The notes beneath the pieces were generated by a model. That model was given only the letters and a program-made list of their open reading frames with translations. It ran no database searches and was not told where the DNA came from. A program made the translations under genes and the position numbers. Positions 35,684 through 44,458 of a DNA stretch of 44,458 nucleotides are shown here, piece after piece; positions within the stretch are counted from its first letter, which is position 1; the number at the start of each line of letters is the position of its first letter. Source of the stretch: a virus (Duplodnaviria > Caudoviricetes); the IMG/VR virus record IMGVR_UViG_3300038603_000003, positions 1 to 44,458 of that record, one strand, 5' to 3'.

Positions 35684-36457
35684 TTAACCTGCAAAGTTTT
35701 TAATGTCAATTCCTAAAGAACGGGCTGCCGATGCTAAGTCCCCACCATGATCTGCTAAGACTTTAGCAATCTGCGCTTCATTATGGTTAAGGGCTTCTAG
35801 TTTAGCGGTGCTGCCCCATTGCTTACCCATAGGCTTCAGGTCTGGCTTAACTGATGGGTTCATACCACCTGTGTTAACAGAGCCGTCCACGTTTGGAGTA
35901 ACTTTAGGATTTCCTTCTAACCCGAAGGTTCTTTTGAACAGGACTGGATTACCTTTAGCCATATTTACAATAGCTGTGTCATCCAAACCTAATTCTGCGC
36001 CTTTCTCTCGTAGCTTACTTTCGTACTCGCTTCCATAGAACTTCTGAGCCGCTGAGATGCTTTCGTTTTGGTTTGCACCTGCGATCTGCTGTTGTTGGAA
36101 ACTAGCTACTGAGTTATTAGCGGCTTCTTGTGCCTGTCTAAGCAAATCTGCTTTCAAGGCTTCGACATCCACAGGAGTTGGTGTTTCTGTGGGCTGAGGT
36201 GCTGGAGTTTGCTGTTGTCCTAGCTGAGCTAAGGCATCATCTAGCTTAGTTGCTTGGTCTAACTGAGCTTGCATTTCCAACATCTTCTGTTTTAAAGTCG
36301 CGTTTTCGCTTTCAATAGTATTGATGTGATTGTCAGCGTTAATAATTTTTTTCTGCGCCGCTTCTGCGTCGTACTGGCGATCACCTACTGAAAACAATGG
36401 AGATCCCTGTTGCCCTTGGTTAGGGTTGTCCTGAGGGTTTAAAGTCTGGTCAGACAT
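35684..36457 (-). CDS. Capsid scaffolding protein
   Basis: Coiled-coil (ADNHINTIESEN..LK), Q/P-rich, between portal and capsid genes. Confidence 0.8.
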   Translation of the reverse strand: MSDQTLNPQDNPNQGQQGSPLFSVGDRQYDAEAAQKKIINADNHINTIESENATLKQKMLEMQAQLDQATKLDDALAQLGQQQTPAPQPTETPTPVDVEALKADLLRQAQEAANNSVASFQQQQIAGANQNESISAAQKFYGSEYESKLREKGAELGLDDTAIVNMAKGNPVLFKRTFGLEGNPKVTPNVDGSVNTGGMNPSVKPDLKPMGKQWGSTAKLEALNHNEAQIAKVLADHGGDLASAARSLGIDIKNFAG

Positions 36458-36464
36458 AGTTCAC

Positions 36465-36746
36465 CTATAATTGGTAGTTTAGTTTTTTAATGATCTTCTT
36501 CAAGATCGTTCTCTGTCCTTTGTAATTGGCAGAGACATGTTTACTCTGGAACAGGGAGGTGAAGTCGAACTTCTTATCCTCCTCTTCCTGAAGTTCTTCA
36601 AGAGCTTTCTCAAGGTCTTTGATAAACTCTTGTGTTATTTCATTGTGATACCAGTTCTTATAGGATTGAACTAATGTATCTTTTTCTTGTTTAGTCTTAG
36701 CTGAGCTGAACATCTTGCTCATAAATGCAGGAATCTTAAACGTCAT
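36465..36746 (-). CDS. Hypothetical protein
   Basis: Start at MTFKIPAF with GGAGG upstream; the longer track ORF overlaps the portal gene. Confidence 0.65.
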   Translation of the reverse strand: MTFKIPAFMSKMFSSAKTKQEKDTLVQSYKNWYHNEITQEFIKDLEKALEELQEEEDKKFDFTSLFQSKHVSANYKGQRTILKKIIKKLNYQL

Positions 36747-38517
36747 CTGGAATCTCTTCCTCCGCATCCATAACCATTTCAGACATCGTAGGCTCAGATA
36801 GCTCATTAACTTGTTGTTCAGCAGCCAGTGCTTGCATACGTTGAGCTTCGGTCTGCTCCTCAATGCTTGCAAACTTACCAAACATGTTGTAATCTCCAAA
36901 CCCGTACACTTCATTCACAGCTTGTGCCATGTTCCAAGTGTTCACATGTGGAGCAATCATCTGATTCAAGTTACTGTTAGCTAACTGGTTCAGACCTGCC
37001 TGTTGCTGAAGAGACCTAGCGAATCGTCTCGCACCGTAAGGAACTAACTTCCCGTTAGCACTTAAGTCATCTTGGGTCACTTCTAACATTCGGAAGATAC
37101 CCTCTGAGTCTTCTTCCAGAACTTTGATTACGGAACTGAAGTGTTCTTTAGCTACTTCGATCTCAGCAGTGATTATCTTCTCCAAGAACTCTTGTTCGAA
37201 TTGCTCAGCTTTGTTTATGAAACCACGGAACGCACCATCGTTCAGAGCTTGGACTTCAAACGCCGTCTTCTCTCCTGCGGTTCGGAAACCACTAAGTTGT
37301 TGAGGAAGACGAGCTGCCCTTCGTGCGAAGTCGAGGTGCATGTCGATTTCATTATTAAAAGTAAGTACAGTAGCATCAGGTCGAATATCTGTGACACTTC
37401 CACCTTCAGGCATAATGTACTTAGTTTGTCCGGTGTTCTCATCGTAGATCTCATCCACATCTCCGACAAAAGCTCGATCAGGATGGATGAACCTATCAAT
37501 GGCATCGTTCTTGCTGTTCTCTCGATGGTTGACCATGTAGTTAATGCCTACGATGTTATCAAGAGCGCCCTGTGCCCAGAGGTTGTCTGGACGAGGTTTC
37601 CAAGAACCTTTATAAATTCTGCTGTTCTTTTCTTCAATATTGAACAACTCAGTGCTTCGGTCAACTACGGTAATACATCTGTTCTTATGGATCTCTTGGG
37701 TCTCTAAGTCGAAGATGTCTCCGTAGAACCAGAGAACTTCTACGAAACCTGAGATGTAGTACTGTTCGATTGTACCGAAACCATCAGGGACGTACTGGTT
37801 GTTCTTCTGAACATTACTGGTATCAGTGTTGTTTGTACCTTGACCCCTATGTGCAACGACTTGGTCGATTACTTCATCTTTGATCTCGATACCTAAGCTT
37901 TGCTGTAACTTAGCCCACTGGACGAACTCACCGACAGACATCATTGTTCTAATGATCTTAGGAGCTGCATCAAAGGTCTTAGCTGTCGGATTGAACACGA
38001 TATCGTAAGGACTGATTCGAACAGGGACAGCTCCGCTAAAACCAGAGACTACATTACCCTGTTCATCAACCACGGTGTTGTCTTGGTACTGAACTTGACA
38101 AAAGCAGTTACCATATCGACTGTAGTCATCTAAGAAGCTCCGTACTGCCTGACGGAATCCGTTAACAGTGTGGAGGTGTTTGATATAGGATAAGACTTTC
38201 TTACGCTTAGAGACTGTTACAGCCTCCATGTCGTAGCCTCTCCAACCTAACCAATCCTCATGTGGCAACACTGTGCCGTACATAATAGCGTTCAGATCTT
38301 CGTGAATCTCAGAGATCACTGGAATCATTGTCTTGTGATCTGTTTCGTTGTAGCTAACACTTGAGGTATCTGTTGCGTGGATATAGCTATCTATCTCGCC
38401 CCAGAGGTTTCTAGCGTTAACTCGGAAGTTATTCCATTCGAACCACATGCGAGCTATTTCAGCAGCAGCAATGTTGTCCTCATTGTACCTTGTAATTGTT
38501 AAAGGTTGCGTGCTCAA
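36736..38517 (-). CDS. Portal protein
   Basis: 593 aa; YGNCF, RISPYDIVFNPTA, RPDNLWAQG.LDN, GFRTAGEKTAFEVQ motifs; follows terminase. Confidence 0.85.
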   Translation of the reverse strand: MSTQPLTITRYNEDNIAAAEIARMWFEWNNFRVNARNLWGEIDSYIHATDTSSVSYNETDHKTMIPVISEIHEDLNAIMYGTVLPHEDWLGWRGYDMEAVTVSKRKKVLSYIKHLHTVNGFRQAVRSFLDDYSRYGNCFCQVQYQDNTVVDEQGNVVSGFSGAVPVRISPYDIVFNPTAKTFDAAPKIIRTMMSVGEFVQWAKLQQSLGIEIKDEVIDQVVAHRGQGTNNTDTSNVQKNNQYVPDGFGTIEQYYISGFVEVLWFYGDIFDLETQEIHKNRCITVVDRSTELFNIEEKNSRIYKGSWKPRPDNLWAQGALDNIVGINYMVNHRENSKNDAIDRFIHPDRAFVGDVDEIYDENTGQTKYIMPEGGSVTDIRPDATVLTFNNEIDMHLDFARRAARLPQQLSGFRTAGEKTAFEVQALNDGAFRGFINKAEQFEQEFLEKIITAEIEVAKEHFSSVIKVLEEDSEGIFRMLEVTQDDLSANGKLVPYGARRFARSLQQQAGLNQLANSNLNQMIAPHVNTWNMAQAVNEVYGFGDYNMFGKFASIEEQTEAQRMQALAAEQQVNELSEPTMSEMVMDAEEEIPDDV

Positions 38518-38665
38518 AAGAACCTCCTAGCATCACCTTAAAGTCGGGAAAATGTTTAATGTTGTGTAAGTACTGATCGTCGGCAGACATGTCGATGTTT
38601 TCATTATGCTTCCATATGAAAAGTTGGCCACCCACACATTCGAATCTTCCGTACATAATCATCAT
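38480..38665 (-). CDS. Hypothetical small protein
   Basis: 61 aa between terminase and portal; GGAGG RBS. Confidence 0.55.
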   Translation of the reverse strand: MMIMYGRFECVGGQLFIWKHNENIDMSADDQYLHNIKHFPDFKVMLGGSFEHATFNNYKVQ

Positions 38666-40275
38666 GCCCGCCTCCGTCTATTATGGAATCTGTTTCCAGC
38701 TTGTACTACAGAAGAGGATCTGTTTGAACTCTTGAAGCTATGACTTGGCTTTCTCTGTCTAGGAGAATTAGCCACTGCTATGTACAAACTATCTTTTAAA
38801 TCATCGTGAGGAGGTCTTGTCAATCGGAGTTCTTCTTCTAGTTGCTTACAGTAGCCACCTTTGAAGTGAAACACGGATTGGTTTCGATACAGAGGTATCA
38901 GCGTTAATTCGATACGCTCTTGTTTGTTCTTAGAAGACTGTATCCCCTTCACTACAAGATTTGTTGTGTGCTTCCGCACTTCGTTCTGTATGAAGTTAAC
39001 TACAACTGAACCACCTACGTTGGATTCAATGCTGACCTCTTTGAATCTCCAGTACTCCCAAAGCTCCATAAGCTCGTTGTAGTACTTCTCAATATCTGAG
39101 GTCTGAAATCTTTTCTGTTCAAGCACGTACAAGTAGCCGTCTTCATCCCAACCAATAACCGAGATGGCTGTGTAATCTCGACGAACCTTTTTGATACCAC
39201 CCTCAGTGAAGGCTAAGTCCATCCCACAGTGTGTGCGTAATTGCTTGTTTCCGTAAAACCACACACCCTTCTCCATCTTCAGATGTCTGGGGTCTGCGTA
39301 TTGGAAGCATCTGGCATCTACATTATCGGTATCTGCCGCGTTAGGGTCGTTGTAGTACTGGGCGTAGAACAACTCTAAGTTAAACGCTGATGATTTCTTA
39401 CGGGACAATTCAGTAGCATTGAAACCGTACCAGTTACCATCGCCACCCTTAGCTCTCGGCCATACGTAGTTACCAGAACCATCACGTGTTCGACTATCTT
39501 CAACTACACGTTCGAACCATTTCCAAAGATGCCTTTCTTCAACAACCTCTCCAGTATCATCATCGAATACTGTGTATGTTTTTTCTTTAAGGTCAGCATA
39601 CAGGTCGTTATCGCCGTATCGTGTACCAACCAACCACATAAGGCTACCTGTTGTAGCGATACTAGCGAAAGACTGGTAAACCTCACGTATCTCTTCGCGC
39701 TCTGCCGCTGATCTGTAGTTCTCATTGGTAACTAAGTCATCAAATACGCAGAGTTTAAAGTGAGCACCAGTGTTGGTACTCTTAGCAGAAGTTGCAAATA
39801 TTGTTGGATCTTTCTCAGACTTAGGTCGGTCTTTGTGGTCTACGCTAAGCTCTGTCTTTGTCCAAGAACTCAAGGGTCTGTGCTCAAGCTGTTTAGTACG
39901 AGGGTTTATTTCGTAGTTCAACATCTCAGGCCATAACTCTCTATGGTAATCTGAGTTGAACACATTCTTAATAATCGTTAATTGACGTTCGGATAGTGTT
40001 GGGTTAGACGATACGTATGCAATAGTGAACCAAGGGTACTTAGTAATAGCCCAAGATACTGCTACCGCAATACAGAAACTTTTCTGGTGGTCACGAGGTA
40101 CTAGCGCGCCTGCGTTATCACCATCTCCTGTCTCCATAGCGTACTCAAGAGACTTCTGAAAGAAATTAAAAAGCTCTTCATGCACATCACCAAAGTATCG
40201 ATTAGGGAACATCACTTTGGCGTATTCGAACAGGGATGATTCACATAGCTCCCTAATATCATCAACTGTCATCAT
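38662..40275 (-). CDS. terL: Terminase large subunit
   Basis: Walker A variant PRDHQKS, Walker B TGAHF..VFDDLV, GTRY, nuclease GMDLAF..DYTAI, HDDLKD. Confidence 0.92.
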   Translation of the reverse strand: MMTVDDIRELCESSLFEYAKVMFPNRYFGDVHEELFNFFQKSLEYAMETGDGDNAGALVPRDHQKSFCIAVAVSWAITKYPWFTIAYVSSNPTLSERQLTIIKNVFNSDYHRELWPEMLNYEINPRTKQLEHRPLSSWTKTELSVDHKDRPKSEKDPTIFATSAKSTNTGAHFKLCVFDDLVTNENYRSAAEREEIREVYQSFASIATTGSLMWLVGTRYGDNDLYADLKEKTYTVFDDDTGEVVEERHLWKWFERVVEDSRTRDGSGNYVWPRAKGGDGNWYGFNATELSRKKSSAFNLELFYAQYYNDPNAADTDNVDARCFQYADPRHLKMEKGVWFYGNKQLRTHCGMDLAFTEGGIKKVRRDYTAISVIGWDEDGYLYVLEQKRFQTSDIEKYYNELMELWEYWRFKEVSIESNVGGSVVVNFIQNEVRKHTTNLVVKGIQSSKNKQERIELTLIPLYRNQSVFHFKGGYCKQLEEELRLTRPPHDDLKDSLYIAVANSPRQRKPSHSFKSSNRSSSVVQAGNRFHNRRRRA

Positions 40276-40278
40276 ACA

Positions 40279-40524
40279 TTACTTCCCTTTCACCAAATCT
40301 TTGATCTCATCGAGCGACTTTTCAATTCTTTCGAAATCCAGTTTAATCTGCTCTTTGGTTACGTAGTTTTCTGCCACATGCAGCTTATGTTCGTGAAGCT
40401 CGCGAGAATGATCTTCCTGTTTCTCTTTCAACTCTCCAAGTTGATTGAAAATATGCTTCACCAATGGAACTGCTCCTAAGTTCAGGATGCCGATTATAAC
40501 CATTATCCCTTCTGTTAATGTCAT
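40279..40524 (-). CDS. Small membrane-anchored coiled-coil protein (holin/antiholin-like)
   Basis: N-terminal TM segment, LHVAENYVTK motif. Confidence 0.6.
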   Translation of the reverse strand: MTLTEGIMVIIGILNLGAVPLVKHIFNQLGELKEKQEDHSRELHEHKLHVAENYVTKEQIKLDFERIEKSLDEIKDLVKGK

Positions 40525-40982
40525 CTCTTAGCACCCTTAAACAGTTCAGTGACTGAGGACTTGTCTTGTTTAGTTGTTTTCTTTTCAGGTCTGCCTTTGC
40601 TCCCTTTAGTTGCCATGTCATACAAGGCACGGGCTGCTGTGGTATTACCTGTTTTAGTCTGTTCGATTAACTGGCGTTTAGCGAGGGAAGCATCTCTATG
40701 CTTCATATCCTCGCGCCAGTCTTTCAAACCACGGATGTTCTTCTCTGGGATACCGTTCATGAACCAATCAAGACCGCAGAGCTTCTCCCAGTGAACCATG
40801 TTGTTTACAATCTTAATGGCAGCCTCGTACTCATCGGTACTCTCCATATAGATCTCATAAACACTTTTGAAGTTGCCGTGACTTTCGTGTTTTAATGTGT
40901 ACGGGGCGTCTTTGTCAAACTCAGAGAAAAGTGCTTGAGTTAACATGACATTATTGCTGCCCCTGAGTTTGATTTTAGACAT
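40521..40982 (-). CDS. Putative terminase small subunit
   Basis: 153 aa upstream of terL; EYEAA..HWEKL..WF, WREDM, KGRP motifs. Confidence 0.6.
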   Translation of the reverse strand: MSKIKLRGSNNVMLTQALFSEFDKDAPYTLKHESHGNFKSVYEIYMESTDEYEAAIKIVNNMVHWEKLCGLDWFMNGIPEKNIRGLKDWREDMKHRDASLAKRQLIEQTKTGNTTAARALYDMATKGSKGRPEKKTTKQDKSSVTELFKGAKR

Positions 40983-40990
40983 CTATTCCC

Positions 40991-43564
40991 CTATGATTCG
41001 ATACCGATAAAGCTTAGCCTTCCTCTATCCGTTTGCCTGCCTGCATCTGAGTTTTTAACTTTGAACGTTAAAGAAGTTATCTTCTGATTGTCTCGTTGCA
41101 GTGTAGCAAGCTGAGCTGTTGTTAGTTCAAAAGTTGAATCCGCCGTTGCAGTAAGTGAAACCATATTCGATCCGCCGTCAACAAAAAATGCCTCAAGTTC
41201 AGCCGTTAGAGTCCCTGCTGCTGCACCGTCAAAATCAAACTCAACCGATATGTCTGTAAAGTAATCAAAGGTCTGATTTCTTGGTGTGAAAGTAAGTACA
41301 GTGCCGTATGTATCTGCCGCTGCATCAGGGTTTGCATCTTGAACTAGTTGTCTATTGATTGGGCAACGAATGGCTGAACTTGCTGATGAGAATCCTTGGT
41401 AAGCCTCATCAAACCCTTCAATTATGTTACTTCTCTCTGTAATCGGGCCAGTGAATCCTGTAGACACATAAAGCCCCACAGGAGCCGAAGCCGTCCCAAT
41501 TAAACTAGGTGCTTGAATAAGCATATTACTTGCTGAACTCTGGCCGCCACCAGCGTTGAATCCAACTGCCCTTGCTGCGGGTTCTCCCGGTAAATTACTG
41601 AACACGCCGCCAATTATAGTGGAATTAGAGAAGTCCACACTTCCCGAACCGCTAAAGCTCATTGGTGTTCTACAACCTGTTCCATACGCATAATTCGCAC
41701 TTGCAACAGTTGCACCCGCATTTAAATCTAATGTCAATTGTGTTGCGCTATCTCGACTAACTACATACGCTTCAAAGTTTGCACCTGATGGATTTGCGCC
41801 TCCAATAGAGATTGCTTTACCTACAATGTCAACAGGGAAGTTTGCGCTTGCATCAGTGAACACATTAGAGCCAGCCGTAGTAACACCTGTTGAACCTGTG
41901 GTAAATCCATCGTCATTAGTCGATATAATTTGCATTCTGACTTTAACGTCATCGGAATTTGAACTGCCTCGATACCCGTATAGGTCTGGGTAGCCTGTAT
42001 TTAATGCACCTGTTCCGCCTGAGCCACCATTAATAAAGACACCTTCAACCAATCCATGCCTTCCTTGTGTGGCAACAGCACCTTGCAGTGCGTCGCGACT
42101 AAATACCTTGTGCCTAAAGTTTTCAACCCTTGCGCCCGAGTTAAATTCTTGGTGTATTTCACGTGAGTTACGATAACCCCAAACTTCGATATCGAAGTTT
42201 CTAAACACCTCATTAACAGCAGAACCAGCCATGGAAACCGCAGTGCCATTACCTGCACCTAACTTTAGGTCATTAACGTATCGCGCATCGCATTTGATTG
42301 TATAGTTTTCCCTAATCGGCATTGGGGCAACACTTCCATCAGCGGCAGGGAAAGACAATTCAACACCTGCGTTTGAACAGTTTTCTACAGAAACATCCAT
42401 ATCAACATCGCCGCAGTTTCTAAGAAGATATCCAACTTCGCCCGTTGCCTCTGCTCGACCTGTAATTCGAATGTTTGAACAACGAACAAAAAAGACCGCG
42501 CTGTTTGCTGGCCCACTAATGCCTGTTTGCCCTGATGTTGTGTTGTATTCGTTTGGAATAAGACCGGCAACACCGATGCTTCTTGAACCTTCGCCTTTTA
42601 AGTCAAAGTTCCCATTTATAGTAATATCAGTTTGCCCATCTGCGGTAAAAATGCCACGTTCTGAAATAGGTAGAGGGTCTTCAAAAACTCTTGTCATTGT
42701 ATTAGCAATGTCGATTGTAATGTTGTCTCTTGAAATTGTTATGGCCTTGGAAGTTGGAACAAGTTCGCTAATAACTAAGTGAGATAAGCTTGCCTGATTG
42801 ACAGCATTCTCGTAGTTGGCTGTCGAATCCGATCCCGATACAGCACCAAAGTTTTTAGAGTCCATCTTTGATTTAATTCTAAGTACGGCACTCCCTGTGC
42901 CATCAGAAATAATATCAATGTCATTTGCACCCGCAACACCATCAACATAATCAAACTCGGCGTCACCACGTTCTTTTATTCTTAATACGTCACCTGCTTC
43001 TAAGCTAACTACTTGACTGCCTATTAATATTCCATTTTTAAAGTCATCTACCGTATCGAATTCATATGATGTAACACCGCCAACAATTGTTGGGATATCT
43101 GTTAGGACAGCAGGTTCGAAGTACGTGATGTCAATACTTACGCCGTTTGCCGGAGCTTCTGTAAATGTAAGTGTTGTTCCCGAGACACTGTAGTCTGTGT
43201 TTGCTTTCTGAGCTATACCATCGAGAAACACAAAGAAACTGTTTGCTGAACTGCCGTTGTTAAGGATTGTAAAGGCAACAGTGATTCCGTCGCCTTCTTG
43301 TCTTGCTAAGACAATCGGAACAACACCCTGAGTATTAGTACCTGCTAACAGGGCATCCACGTACTCTTTGTTCACAGCATCTTTGTTGCTTGAGGGGTCT
43401 TGTAAGTTATAGAGACGGAAGCTGTTCATATCAATGCTGGACAACATCTGGTTGGGTGCAGTACCTTCCCTATCCAACATAGTGTCTATGCTGTCCTGAA
43501 CCTTCTCAAGCTCAGCATTCATCTGTCGCAGACTAAAAGCTGTATTTCTGTCATAACGTGCCAT
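40991..43564 (-). CDS. Tailspike / receptor-binding protein (probable beta-helix depolymerase)
   Basis: N-terminal anchor (LDREG..PNQM..IDMNS..NL..P...DAVNK.YVD), FGAV.GSDST motif preceding a beta-helix-like region; 857 aa. Confidence 0.8.
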   Translation of the reverse strand: MARYDRNTAFSLRQMNAELEKVQDSIDTMLDREGTAPNQMLSSIDMNSFRLYNLQDPSSNKDAVNKEYVDALLAGTNTQGVVPIVLARQEGDGITVAFTILNNGSSANSFFVFLDGIAQKANTDYSVSGTTLTFTEAPANGVSIDITYFEPAVLTDIPTIVGGVTSYEFDTVDDFKNGILIGSQVVSLEAGDVLRIKERGDAEFDYVDGVAGANDIDIISDGTGSAVLRIKSKMDSKNFGAVSGSDSTANYENAVNQASLSHLVISELVPTSKAITISRDNITIDIANTMTRVFEDPLPISERGIFTADGQTDITINGNFDLKGEGSRSIGVAGLIPNEYNTTSGQTGISGPANSAVFFVRCSNIRITGRAEATGEVGYLLRNCGDVDMDVSVENCSNAGVELSFPAADGSVAPMPIRENYTIKCDARYVNDLKLGAGNGTAVSMAGSAVNEVFRNFDIEVWGYRNSREIHQEFNSGARVENFRHKVFSRDALQGAVATQGRHGLVEGVFINGGSGGTGALNTGYPDLYGYRGSSNSDDVKVRMQIISTNDDGFTTGSTGVTTAGSNVFTDASANFPVDIVGKAISIGGANPSGANFEAYVVSRDSATQLTLDLNAGATVASANYAYGTGCRTPMSFSGSGSVDFSNSTIIGGVFSNLPGEPAARAVGFNAGGGQSSASNMLIQAPSLIGTASAPVGLYVSTGFTGPITERSNIIEGFDEAYQGFSSASSAIRCPINRQLVQDANPDAAADTYGTVLTFTPRNQTFDYFTDISVEFDFDGAAAGTLTAELEAFFVDGGSNMVSLTATADSTFELTTAQLATLQRDNQKITSLTFKVKNSDAGRQTDRGRLSFIGIES

Positions 43565-43573
43565 TATTGGCTC

Positions 43574-43927
43574 CTATTTTCGTAATTTCAAACCTTGTTG
43601 TTTGAAGAACCACCTTAGCCCGAACGATGCTGCCATAATACCAAACATACCAATCTGGTAGAACAGAGGCAACTCCGATACGAACTGAATCCATTTCATT
43701 GCTCTGTCTGGATCAAACCACGCAACAACTAACGGGGCGAACCAGATAAGTGTTATTAACTCGTCTTTCCACGAGTACTTAGCAGCTTCCATAGCCTTGA
43801 TATCCCAGTCTTGCTCACCCTTGAGGGCTTGCCTGTGATAAGCGGCTTCTGCTTCTTGCTTAGATTTTTTAACATCAACCCAGCCTTTGAACACAGTGCT
43901 GACTGCTGATATAATTGCTGACCACAT
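43574..43927 (-). CDS. Putative holin (3TM family)
   Basis: SWKDE motif, TM segments, ASFGLR C-terminal motif; AAGGAG RBS. Confidence 0.75.
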   Translation of the reverse strand: MWSAIISAVSTVFKGWVDVKKSKQEAEAAYHRQALKGEQDWDIKAMEAAKYSWKDELITLIWFAPLVVAWFDPDRAMKWIQFVSELPLFYQIGMFGIMAASFGLRWFFKQQGLKLRK

Positions 43928-44156
43928 ACGGTCTCCTTAAATAAATTACAAGGGAGGGGAACTGTCGTTCGCTTAATCCGAGGAGCCTCCCTAAACCTCT
44001 GTGAGGGATTATAGGAGCGTTATGAATTTGCATGTATCTGTATATAACTTTGGAAAGCTCGTATAACGTTCTAGTACGTGCTTTCACATAACTGAACGAG
44101 ACCGAACTATCAATTAAACTAATTCAAAGGAACTCTTTTTTCAAGCCCCTATAGAG

Positions 44157-44183
44157 TTAGACAACAGAAATCCTAAAAAGTTC
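44157..44183 (-). promoter_or_regulatory. sigmaE/AlgU-type late promoter
   Basis: Minus strand GAACTT-TTTAGGATTTCTGTTG(16)-TCTAA at the head of the structural arm. Confidence 0.78.
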
Positions 44184-44458
44184 CCCAGAATTTGAAATAT
44201 TTTTAATTATTTTTAAATTAGTTCTAAATCAGTTCTTAAGTGTATGATATTTAAGAAAACCTTTGTCACAGGATTCTCGCAAGGAGCTTCTGTTCCGTCT
44301 GCGACGCTAGACCGCCAAGGATGGCTTCGCCAATACAAGAAAGTGCTAACAAAGAATCAATCGAGGGACTCCCTGAAGTTCCAGATTTTTTGTAGAAATT
44401 TTAGAGGTGCTATGCACCCTGCACCCAAACAGAACCCAACCCCCTCCCTACCCTCAGA
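44184..44458. other. Non-coding end region: AT-rich tract plus small hairpins (possible origin or terminal region)
   Basis: No ORF in the track; nearly pure A/T at about 44189-44225, then clustered short inverted repeats. Confidence 0.4.

Noticed and set aside
43875-44087. 70 aa minus-strand ORF upstream of the holin
   Set aside because: It overlaps the holin start out of frame, has no convincing RBS, and coincides with inverted repeats; more likely a leader.
1-44458. tRNA genes, CRISPR arrays, integrase, RNA polymerase, alternative genetic code
   Set aside because: None seen by eye. Intergenic gaps are short, no spaced repeats are visible, and core genes read intact in the standard code. 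tRNAscan was not run.

Overview
Most of the genome of a lytic podovirus that lacks its own RNA polymerase in this window. Its layout resembles Zobellviridae/phiRIO-1-like phages; this is recognition by eye, not a database result. The left arm (+ strand, ~1-19530) holds early genes, a gamma-glutamyl/peptide-ligase operon, primase-helicase, family A DNA polymerase, SSB, exonuclease, phosphoesterases, EndoVII, a lysozyme-like protein and a glutaredoxin. The right arm (- strand, ~43930-19555) holds holin, tailspike, terminase, portal, scaffold, capsid, tail, internal virion and tail accessory genes. The arms converge on a hairpin terminator. Signals not explained by the ORF track: (1) four exact copies of a sigmaE/AlgU-type promoter, GAACTTTT-N12-TGTCTAA, three driving replication, middle and late genes and one antisense to the early genes; (2) an A_AAA_AAG plus hairpin -1 frameshift signal that would append a CxxC..CxxC Zn-binding domain to the class II amidotransferase; (3) an apparently catalytically dead class I amidotransferase in the same operon; (4) an ORF-less subgroup IA2-like group I intron splitting the helicase Walker A motif; (5) several unannotated micro-ORFs, including one with a possible ATC start.
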